A stretch of 64,000 nt of DNA, taken from assembly GCA_030141605.1 (NCBI GenBank), contig JAQGDQ010000244.1:186001-250000 (forward strand). The letters run 5' to 3'. The notes under the pieces were generated by a model. That model was not told the DNA's origin, did not search any database, and saw nothing but the letters and a program-made list of their open reading frames with translations. This document shows, piece by piece, positions 31,161 to 42,078 of the stretch. The translations under genes and the position numbers were made by a program. Within the stretch, counting starts at the first letter, position 1; every line of letters starts with the position of its first letter. This DNA comes from Tubiluchus corallicola. Its lineage: Eukaryota > Animalia > Priapulida.

Positions 31161-33985
31161 TTTTTTTTATTTAACATTTTATTTAATACAAAACATACTT
31201 TACAAATTACAAAAACCAAGACATTTCCAATAACATAAACAAATATTAGCATTAACTGACTACCAATGAATGAGTGAATGCAATTAGATGCAATCAGTAA
31301 ATATGCCTTGACTACGCTCTGGCAATTTTGGTTGTTCAGTAAATCATTAGAATGTGTGTTTCAAAGGTAACCAACTTTTTTCTAGTATCCCAAGGTTGGC
31401 ACCTGCATATTTCTCCATCTTATACATATATTTAATACAGCTCATTGCATGATTAAAATTCAGTGTTTGTAATTTGCTTCGAGTACAGCAAATGTAATAT
31501 TTTACTATTAAAATGGTCTTATTTAAACATGGAATTTTTTATGCGGAAACTTTCCAAAAATTACAACAGACTTATCAATTATTACTTCATTACTTGTACT
31601 TTGATCCACCATTTTGTTTAAAATGTTCCCAAATGAGTTTTACTTTATTACAGTCCTACAGAATATGTAATATGGTTTCTGTTTCCGAATTATTACAAGT
31701 GTCAGAATCGGCTTTATTGATTTTGAATAGGAAATGTTTTTTTTGGTAATATACTGTGCAGAACACTAAACTGATAATCGTGTATTTTAGGATCTTTTGT
31801 ACATTTAAAATGAAGCAGATACGCTTCTATTCATATTATATTATGATATATTATATATATATATCATATATTATATTATATATTATATTGTATTGTATTG
31901 TATGGTATTGTATTGTATTGTATTGTATTGTATTGTATTGTATTGTATTGTATTGTATTGTATTGTATTGTATTGTATTGTATTGTATTGTATTGTATTG
32001 TACGGTACGGTACGGTACGGTACGGTGTACGGTTGTACGGTTGTACGGTACGGTACGGTACGGTACGGTACGGTACGGTACGGTACGGTACGGTACTGTA
32101 CTGTACTGTACTGTACTGTACTGTACTGTACTGTACTGTACTGTACTGTACTGTACTGTACTGTACTGTACTGTATTGTATTATATTACATTACATTACA
32201 TTATAATTTATATTTTAATTTATGATTTATTTCCTGACATTTCAGTTCAGAAATTGGCGGAAGACTTTTTTGAGATAATAACTTTCATACACAATCGATG
32301 TTTTAAAGTCACTTTGTGATACAAGTTTTTCGGTTTTGCGATTGTTAGTTTCCGCTCTGCACAGTTTACCACCCGCATTTCGAATATCATTTCGATATCT
32401 ATTTGGAATTGCACTGACAAGACTGTAATACTGAAGAAAATCAACTTCAATTGCAAATTTGCTAATGACTTATCACGTGACATTATAATTCCATTATCAT
32501 TTATTAAATCATAAACGTATAGTACATTATTTTCAATACATGTTGTACAGAACATACGGGTAGCATAATGTCTGTTTTAAATAATCCGTTTGAGTTATCG
32601 GATTTCTTAATATTTCACACCAGCATATAATTCCATCTTGCCAGAAGGGGTTCCCAAGCATTACACTCTTCCCTACTAAAAAAGTTTTTTCCATTTTCCA
32701 AAATCGGAATCTACCCAGTTTTTCTAAGAATATTTTTGCTACCTCTTGCCAAGTTCCATCTGTTGTCATTACTTTTAGCATAAATGAAGCCACGCATGTA
32801 ACACATTTTGGAAGCATTATAGACAGTAGAAATATTACTAATTTGTCACAAACGAAAAATGTTGGAAAGCCCCAAGTTGCGAACACCTAGCTCTAACTTA
32901 ACAAAAACTGTAAACACAGAGCAACACATACAAATAGCAAATACAAATTTTAACAATGAACATTGGTAGAAAACACATAAAAACATAAATAGGCACGCTT
33001 ATCCAAATTCCCCGTTATCAGGAACTAGAATGAAATCACGGGAATATCATCCTTTGTGTTTACAGAGATTGCTTTCGTTGCATCCGCTTTTCTCAGGAAG
33101 ATTTGTCCATTTCTTGTCAATAGGTATTTAAGGCCAGATTGCTTCTTAAACGTTTGGCGCGCCTGATATACCTCACGTCGATAGCTTGTTAAAGACTGGA
33201 AATGCTAATTTTTTGGCATGATCCTGTGAAGCCTATGTCATTTGTTGTAGGAATTTTCCTGCGATTATTATACACTTTGTCCCGAATTTGACTGTTAGCA
33301 AATTTCACCACAATGGCTGGTGGCCCTCTTTTACTTTCATTTGATTTAACCCTATGGAAGATGTTAATGTCCTCCTTCGTAACTGCAAACCCCATTTCAG
33401 CCGCTTCCTTCATAACGATGTAGTTTGTGTCTTGAGTCTTCTGAACAGGTACACTGGCAATTAAAAGAATATCTCGTCTGCTGTATTGATCTAAATTGTC
33501 TAGTAATCAGGTTTCATTCAATTCTCTCTCAAAACGTAAAATGATGGCCTTTTGTTTCTGCTGTTCACTCTCTAAGTTTCGCATTTTTTATTTGCCTCTG
33601 TCAGATTCTCAAGTGCTGTACGTAACTGCGCATTCATTCTGTCGTATTTATTAGACGTAAACTGTTGACTGGCTTTGAGCTCACCGACGACTTCACTCTG
33701 TGTGGATAAAACACTTTGTTGTAGACTAAGCACTGACTGAAGCGATTCAGTAAGAACTGACAATTGTTTAAAAACTTCAGGTAGTATCTTACAACATTGA
33801 ACACAGCCTTCCGTACCTTGAGATAATTTTTCATAGTTTTCATCTACCGTAGTTTCTAAATGCTCGCTATTTTTTACTTCAGGCCCAGAGTCCACACTCG
33901 AACTTTTGTCCATTCTAATTTTTTTTGCACTTGCTGCTTCCAAGAATCCAAAATTGAAAGCATATTGCATATTATCACTATGCAC
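31161..33985 (-). mobile_element. Decayed L1/Tx1-like LINE: ORF1 remnant plus post-RT part of ORF2, with poly(A) end
   Basis: ORF1-like coiled-coil/RRM segment (EDINIFHRVKS...PPAIVVKFANSQIRDKVY) at ~33000-33985. ORF2 C-terminal motifs include FWQDGIICW, VYDLINDNG, zf-RVT-like ETILHIL-DC and ILIVKYYIC...MEKY...W. AATAAA plus an A-tract at 31161-31182 on the minus strand. Confidence 0.75.
31830..32210. repeat. Compound pentanucleotide microsatellite (TATTG)n(TACGG)n(TACTG)n
   Basis: Read directly; it interrupts the LINE remnant. Confidence 0.95.
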
Positions 33986-34255
33986 TTTTCATTTGCAAAA
34001 CATTCTAGTCCTCAAGAACAACAATTTTTTCACATCCTTATGGGAAGAAACAAAATTCCACGTCAACCATATTACTCACGCATGTGCAATCCACGCATAC
34101 GTTATTGGTAGTTGTTTTCATTATTATTTTTAAGTTAATAAATATTCAGTATAGCAATCAACGATCAGCAACACACTTACATTATAAAATGGATAAAAGT
34201 TATAAGTAACAGAGATTTGTACGGCAAAATCAAGGAAGAAAAATGGACCCGAAAG

Positions 34256-34700
34256 CAGGGGCGGAACTAGGGTGGAGCGAGGGGGGTGCCCCCTGTCAAA
34301 ATTTGCGCCCCCGCCCCACTGCAAAATCGGACAAATAATTTTTTGTAGTGAAAATTGCAGTTCGCATGTAATCATTTTCAATATGAATTAGAATTAGTTA
34401 AAAAAAATGTTTGGTAGCTTCAGTGTATTATTTTCTTAAAACTTGTGTGTGATAAATTTCTGCAAATAACAATTTAGTTAGAGGCACATTAATAACGTTA
34501 GGTTAACTGTGAGTTAATTTTCTCATTATTGCTCTGTCTGCTACGCCGTCCTACACACATGCTAATTATAGCCCTGCATGCAGTATAAAAGGGGTTAAAA
34601 ATTGGCTTAACCATTATTTAACCACTTCGGATACCTCGCCCCCTCCCCCAGAAAATTTTTGCGCCTCCCCCCCTGCTTGTCACATCTAGTTCCGGCCCTG
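34256..34700 (-). mobile_element. hAT-type MITE, family A, copy 2
   Basis: Inverted copy of 12276-12715; perfect 8-bp TSD cccgaaag (34248-34255; 34701-34708). Confidence 0.92.
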
Positions 34701-35081
34701 CCCGAAAGATGAAACACAGGAGACCTAACTGGGTGGGTTATGTTCTGAGATTATCGGAGAAGAATCCACTTATTATATTAAAGCTTTCTACGGACCAATT
34801 CTACCTTGGCTACAAAGCAAACGGTAGGTAGACCGTAGACATGCAGCGTAATATCGGCAGGCGCTTGATACACGTTGTTTGATGATACGCATTTAAAACT
34901 TGCGCTGTCAAAGTCGTGCGAAGCAAACAAAAATTGCTGCTGACCTTTAAATCGGTAATTCAACGTTAGATCACGGGACTCACGGAATTCAACGTTAATC
35001 ATTTTAACAACCTTTAGCTAGAATTTGTTTGTTTTTTGTCTTTTCATTATTTAAGTTATCGCTTATTTTTAAAATTAAATC

Positions 35082-36443
35082 ATGAATTTGCTCGTGTTTC
35101 CTCTCATCCTTTTACAAATTGGGGAGAGCTTTGGCGCTATGACCGGAGGAATTGCGGAAGCTGATAAACATTCTGACTCAATTCAAGCTATTTCTGATTT
35201 TGCTGTCAAAAGAATAGATGCTGGCCTGAATTCGCCATTCACGTCGAAACTTGTGAAAATTGTACATGCGAAAACTCAAGTAGTGGCGGGACTGAAATAT
35301 TTCTTGGATTTGGAAATTGGGTATACAACATGCAGAAAAGCAAAATTTAGAAGTGAAAATTGTGAATTTGATAGTGACAAGGTGACCCAAATTTGTCATA
35401 TTGAGATTTACGAAAGACCTTGGGAGGATTACAAGGAAGTTACCAAGGAACCTCTTTGTAGACCTAGCAACTCTAAGCACACTGAGGAAGACAAAGATGT
35501 TATTAACAAATTTGTGAAACGGGAAAATCTGCAGGTGCTTTTTGGAGAATTTAAGGAGTTTATGAAACGTTTCAACAAAAGCTATGAAAGTTTGGAAGAA
35601 CAGAATTACCGTTTTAAAATATTTTGCAAAAACATGGAGTCAATTGCCAAACTGCAGCAGCATGAACAAGGCACTGCGACTTATGGAGCAACAGTTTTTG
35701 CTGATCTTACAGAGGCGGAATATCGGAAGCACTATGTAACTCGTGCATGGGATTTAACCAATCGTCCTAGTGCCTGGGCTAACATTCCCGATGGTCCACT
35801 TCCTAAATCTTTTGATTGGCGGGACCATGGAGCGGTGACTCCTGTAAAAAATCAGGGTATGTGTGGTTCGTGCTGGGCATTTTCTGTTACTGGTAATATT
35901 GAAGGACAGTGGGCTGTAAACAAAGGACACTTGTATGAATTGTCTGAACAAGAACTGGTGGACTGTGATAAACTTGATGAAGGCTGTAATGGTGGATTGC
36001 CTACAAATGCATATAAGGAAATTATCAGACTCGGCGGTTTAGAAGATGAATCAGATTATCCTTACGAAGGTCATAACGACAAATGTGCTTTTTCTAAAAA
36101 AGATGCAGAAGTTTCCATTAATGGCTCGGTTTCCATTTCTAAAGATGAAGAGGACATGGCAGCGTGGTTAGTGCATAATGGTCCGATATCAATTGGTATC
36201 AATGCTAATGCCATGATGTGGTACATGGGAGGGGTTTCACATCCATGGAAGATCTTCTGCTCACGTAGTAGCTTGGACCATGGTGTTTTGATTGTAGGCT
36301 TTGGTAATGATGGCAACACTCCATACTGGATCATAAAGAATAGTTGGGGAACCGGTTGGGGTGAAGATGGCTATTACCGTGTTTATCGTGGTGATGGCAC
36401 TTGTGGTTTAAATTTGATGTGTACTTCAGCGACAGTTAAATAA
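35082..36443 (+). CDS. CTSF: Cathepsin F (papain-family C1A cysteine protease with cystatin-like and I29 propeptide), intronless, 453 aa
   Basis: Signal peptide; cystatin domain (QVVAG, PW); ERFNAQ-like propeptide (E-x3-R-x3-F-x2-N-x3-I-x2-LQ, GATVFADLT); catalytic QGMCGSCWAFS, LDHGVLIVG and YWIIKNSWG. Confidence 0.96.
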   Translation: MNLLVFPLILLQIGESFGAMTGGIAEADKHSDSIQAISDFAVKRIDAGLNSPFTSKLVKIVHAKTQVVAGLKYFLDLEIGYTTCRKAKFRSENCEFDSDKVTQICHIEIYERPWEDYKEVTKEPLCRPSNSKHTEEDKDVINKFVKRENLQVLFGEFKEFMKRFNKSYESLEEQNYRFKIFCKNMESIAKLQQHEQGTATYGATVFADLTEAEYRKHYVTRAWDLTNRPSAWANIPDGPLPKSFDWRDHGAVTPVKNQGMCGSCWAFSVTGNIEGQWAVNKGHLYELSEQELVDCDKLDEGCNGGLPTNAYKEIIRLGGLEDESDYPYEGHNDKCAFSKKDAEVSINGSVSISKDEEDMAAWLVHNGPISIGINANAMMWYMGGVSHPWKIFCSRSSLDHGVLIVGFGNDGNTPYWIIKNSWGTGWGEDGYYRVYRGDGTCGLNLMCTSATVK

Positions 36444-38749
36444 TTTTAAAAAATCTCAGAATGCTTTAAGAACGGACTGTGTTGAAAATTTGGAATCTAA
36501 TTTGTTAACTGATGTGATAAAAAAATTTTAAATTTCAAGAAGAGTTTCTTCATTATTTGTATATATACATATACACATATAAATATATAATTTTACATAT
36601 ATTATAACAGACCGGTGGCTAGTAATATTTTAATCAAGCTGCTTTGTTAGTATCTACATATTATTTGTACCTAAAATCCTAGATACAAATTATTTTCCTT
36701 ACATTGACAAAACCTTTTTTTGTCAGTTTGTCAACTTTTGCTGACATATTTTTCACGACTTATGATGTGATTTCTGAATATTTTTTACCATTTTTGAAAT
36801 AGTATTAGATTTTTTCTCAAAGTACCACATACTGTAAATTATTACAGTAAACAGGCAGCTATACCATTTCACAAGTGTCCGAGGTTGTTGCGCCTGTTAT
36901 TTAAACATGCAGTATATCTCGCATTAAAAAAATTCATACTTATTTGTGGTGACTTAAATACAAGTTTTGTCAAAGTTTCTGTTCTCAAGTGAAGTACAAG
37001 AAAATTCCAAGAAATTTTAATGAAAATGTACCATCCCTGTTTATAACTCCTTACAATGTATTCCGTCTCTGATATATTTGACAAATTAATATGTTTTGCT
37101 ATTTGAGGCAATCTGCCAAATGAAATTTCAGCTACCTAGCTAAATTAGGCTACAATCAAAGTTTAAAAATTAGCGTTCTCTACTGTTAATACTAAATTTT
37201 TCTCCGTTTGTTATGTACATGAATAATAAAGGTAACGAGGACAGCTGAAGTTAATTTATGATATTTAGTTACTCTTATCTAAATTTTGAGGCACCTAATG
37301 TTTTGCTTATGCTTATTCATTACTGTCAATATGCTGTAACATATTAAACAATATTGCAGCACTGTAGTTACATATGTTAACCTAATAGCTGATTTAATTT
37401 TTTATTATTGTAAGTAATAAAACATTTGTATTGCACCTATTGCAATTATTGCTGAATAGCATAGATAACAGTTTAGTATTCACAGCTGGTGTCGTTGTCA
37501 AATATTTTTCGCATGATTGTGCAATCGCCGTTGTTGGAAACTTTGTGGTACTTTTATTTCTTTTTGATTTTGTGCCAAGATGCGGCCGAAAATAATTTTG
37601 TTAATCTAAAGTAAAGCCTGTGACGGTCCTATTTGCAGAGTTAAAAAATCTGAAAATTTTTGATTAATGTTTATTGGAAGATCTACATTTTGTTTTTCCA
37701 TTGCACCTGTATTTGTTTACTTGCTATTAAACAAAAACAAGAACACAGATTAAAATGTATAGACATAATTATTACAACATAAGAAAATGAAAGAATGACA
37801 AGCTACAGAAGATTGGTATAACATTCACATCTTGGATTGATACGATTTCGGATTATTTCTGTAAATAAAGTTGAATTTTACTTTAACTGATATAGTGTTG
37901 TAATATCATTTTATCTTAACATAAGTAATATGCACACAAGCATCACAATAGGCATATGCATCTGTACACATGATTAACTTTTTTCCTCACACTACTCTTC
38001 CAGCAACAGCTGTGAACTAGTAAAACCATTTTTGGCTTTATTCATGGATCATTTAATGCGATCTAAAATTTGTGAAAAGAAAGTTAACGGCCTGCGAAGA
38101 CAATACATAGTTTGCAAAATGTCAGTCAACCAGCGGGGTTCCGCCTCGTGATGGCCAATTAGCTCTCTCTTTGCCTTGCCTCCTCCTTCATCTGAGTTGG
38201 GCAACAAAAGTGGCTCACAAACACGTGCAAAAATTGCATTGAAATATACTGCGAGAGTTAAGATCGAGTGGGTATTATTATACTGTAATTATTATTTTTG
38301 TTTTCTCCAGCCATACAAGATTTCTGCAACTAAAATTTGTCTAGCAGTAGTACTGAGAAATTATAGTGGTGAAACATAACGCTTGAATAATAGTTATGTA
38401 GATGTATAGTGCCTGGAAAGACTCAAAACACATTTTTCAGTTTCTCCAAGCCAAAAAACTCAAATCTGCTGCTGAAAAATCTCTCCCAGCTAGGTAAATA
38501 ACATGAGCTGAGTCATCAAATTAATAAAAACGCTGTCTGTCTGAAGGTAATTAGTTTCATATTTCTTTTAATTAAAGCTGTTACAAGAGACTGCTAAATG
38601 CTACTATTGCATTACTCTTTCTTAAGTTTATCTGGGGCAATTAACTTATGTTATTTAAACCCTAATTGCTTATATAAGTCTTTAAGACTGATCATTCATA
38701 ATGTCTAATATGGTCTTAAACGTATGATCATTTTGTAGATCTTATAAAA

Positions 38750-39080
38750 GATACTTTCCTTGTACCATATTTTCTGTGTACTGCATTGTTCTAGTACCAG
38801 TTAAACTTTTCCAGTACTAAACTTTCCTGGCAGCAAACCTCTTCGTACCATTTTTGCCTTGTGCCAAATTTACTTGTACCAAAAATGATTGTCTATCTTT
38901 ACCAGTACTGTATTAAATCTTCCCAGTACTATATTGACCTGTGCCCAATTTTCCTAGTGGTAAAATTTCGCTGTACTAAAAATTCCTAACAGCAAATTTT
39001 CCTGGTACCAAAATTTTCTCGTACTAGAATTACTGGAACCAAATTTATCAGTACCAAACTTACTGTAGTGCCAAATTTTT
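38750..39080. repeat. Degenerate short-period tandem array (gtaccaaattttcc-like)
   Basis: Recurrent gtac[ct]aaa motifs at ~15-20-bp spacing. Confidence 0.6.
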
Positions 39081-40554
39081 TAATGTTTTCTAGCTATTTA
39101 CATGCTACAGCGAGGGAGTTTGTGAGAACGTGTGTTACGTTACGTCATCAAGTTGGGCGGGGCTAAACCGGGCTTGTGATCTATTTATAAATTATTCTAT
39201 TTCATTATGTAAAGTAACTAAAACAGATGACAGTAAATGATCTTATTTCAATATACGCTATAGTTTACAATTATATCTTTCTGTGCTGCATGAGAAAATA
39301 AATGTTTGCTCTTAATTTTTGTAACATAGTTCCCTACAGTGGAAATTGTTTAATAGGCGTTTTTGCAGATTGGCTGTGCGCACGTGCAGTTGCTGTAGGT
39401 CAAAAGTTAAATAAGTATACCACAGTAATGTGTCTTAACTACACCCAGCATGTGACGTATGGATAAAGCAGTTTTTAAGCTTTTATAATGCTACTTTATG
39501 ACCTATAAATTATAGGAGCTTTCATTAATTATATTTATTGTATTTTCTATCGACTTTAGATAGATCGTATTTTATTTCGGCTCTTCTGATCTTGATAGTG
39601 GACTTGTTTTTTATTTGCTTCATTGTGTTATAGTTGTCAGCCGCTCTGAATTAAGAGATGTAATGCTTTATAGTGATACAGCATTTCGGAACACTCAAAC
39701 ACAAAATTCGGCGTCCAGTGGCAGGCCATACTCAACATAGATGATTGTGGAAACAGGCTGGAATCTTACTCGTTATCAAAACTGTGTGCCCTAAGATGAA
39801 ACACTGAACCTCATAGACAATGGTGTCTTGGATGTCCAATGATATAAACAGCCCGAATCAGTGTCGAGAATAAAACTGCCAGTGAAAGCATCACGAACAC
39901 GTTCATTAGACAGCTACATCACTGTTCTTAAGTTCAGTCACCAAACACAGGCTGTACGTGCCCACTTGGTTAGTTTTCACTACTCAGTGTGTTTAAGGGG
40001 TATTTAATTTCTGATTTTATGCAAGAATCGGGCTCTCTGCATAGGAACTTCGAGAACAACGGTAATTAGTATACATTACTGCACTTAGTCAAGCACAATA
40101 CAACCGCTGTCACCTACGTACATGCATGACTCGGAAACTACGAGAATTGCAATTGTTAATAGTATTCATTATTATAATTAAGACGGCATCGTGGGTAGCA
40201 AATCTTCATTTGTTGCTTTTTTGGGCTGTTGTTTAAATTTTCGTTTGAATTTATTGGGCGCTGATATTTTGTAATTCCCATAGAATCATGAAGCACATTG
40301 ATTATGAAGCATTATTTCTCCTATCCGAGTAACGCAGTCGTGGAGAAAACGCTGAACTTGAACTGTGATCTTGAGTTTAGCGCGCTACCTAGTGTGGATC
40401 CCCATTAAAATAAATACATTGAAATCATAATAGTTTATATTTTAACCAAAAGTTACCAATGAATTAGACTTTTCGCGTTGTTAGGCACCAAAAATTTTCG
40501 TTTTTCGGGTTAGTTTCAATTTTAATTAGAACTTAAAACGTATATCTTTAAAAA

Positions 40555-40770
40555 GGCACTAGGTCATGTGACCTGGCAATGAGCCGCATTACAGGTAGTC
40601 GCCATTTTTTATTGTTGGTGTGTTGCATTGCTCTCATTGTTGTGTGATGTAGGGCCTGTAGGCTTGATATGGTTGTTGTGATACTGTGGCGGTGGACTAA
40701 GTTGTGAAATTTATTAACATTTCATTTGTATTTTTAGTGTATGAATTGATTTGCAGTAGGTACCGTTTTA
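40555..40770 (+). promoter_or_regulatory. Putative promoter / first non-coding exon of the THAP-POGZ-like gene
   Basis: Near-palindromic E/M-box aggtcatgtgacct (40561-40574) and YY1-type cgccattttt (40600-40609), ~1.4 kb upstream of the acceptor at 42028. Inference only. Confidence 0.35.
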
Positions 40771-42078
40771 ACTTTGTAATTAAATTTTGTTAGCTAAGTG
40801 TATTTGATCACGTATCGACATGTAAAATTTTGTAGCTTACCGAAGATCGAAAGGGCGAAGCCTATAAGTAAGCTTTTTGCCCATAGTTGTCTCTCTGTTA
40901 ATTGTTTTATCGCAAGTTTTCTCTTTCACGTTATAATCTTGTTATAATTCTGTTGTCTCTCTCAAGTGGAAGTGCTACCTAGCGGCAGTTGTCATGGTAT
41001 GGTGAGGAAGCAAGGTCTGTGGCGGTATGGCAAATGTGTCAAATGTGTTGATTTATGATAGACTGGAATGGTGTTGCAGAGGGATTAAATTTTAAAAAAA
41101 CGCTTAAAGTCCACTCGGGCTGAAACGGGTCGTGGAACTTCATTGGATGATCGGCGCTATTACACTTTCGCACCTCCTAATTTTTTCTAGGTTATTACTC
41201 GTTTCTAGGCTTGCTCGTTTGTCATTATTCTCACTTCATCAGTGAATGTTTCCTCTAATCTCGTGGTAATTTACTCATATATTTAGTGTATAATTACCAA
41301 TAATTACGTTGTATTTACAGTTCTACACTATACAGTTCGTATCGCCATCATGTTTGTGTGTGTAGTCACGTGACGAATTTCGTACTAGTTTATGCATTAT
41401 CAGGGCTTAGCTTAAAAGGCATGTGACACACTTTTCAGACAAGAAAATTCAGTTCAGTCTCGGTAAAAAATTCGGTACGGCTTTGGTCTGGTATTGCAGT
41501 TTAACCTGATATTTTATTTGGAATTCGGTTCGGCAGCACAGCCGATCGTTCGGTTAAGCTTCGGTTTGGTGGCGCTGAAGAATAAAAAATTCGATTTCGG
41601 TTTGGTTAATGAAAGTTTTGCCTTCACTGCACTACTAACCTAATCCCTGTGGTGTACTAGTAGTACTCAGCACTTAGCCTGATGTAAATGACTTATTGAT
41701 AAAACGTGCAATTCGGTAATTAGGAAGTCTGCCAGATAAAAACTTAATCAACTGCCTTCTGTGATAAAACACAAACTTTCGTTATTCACAGCTCAAGTGT
41801 TCGGGCTTTCAGCGTGTAATAACTGAATGCCCATTGTTAACATAACAGTGCAGTTAGTTGAAATGCACCAGTGGTGCTTTTTTTTGCAAAGGTAAATGAA
41901 TTCAGTTTCTTCACTGCACTCAAATCTTAACAACAGGTTGTGCGTGTGCCCAACGTGAATAAGGAAAAGAGTACTCGAGTCTGCTTTGTGCTACCTGTGT
42001 AAACTGTATTAGTCATGATTTTTTTTAGTTTGTGGTGGTAGCTACATATTGACAAGTCGAGTATGAGCACTCGTGGTA

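Noticed and set aside
33920-33970. FGFLEAASAK resembling the TMEM42 N-terminal FGALAAASAK
   Set aside because: The match is very short, has a charged residue in the would-be helix, has no suitable donor, and is in frame with the LINE ORF1 remnant; probably chance.
35178-36334. Antisense ORFs over cathepsin F (similarly 45253-45549 and 48432-48713 over the POGZ-like exons)
   Set aside because: They are shadow frames of real sense-strand exons with no motifs of their own.
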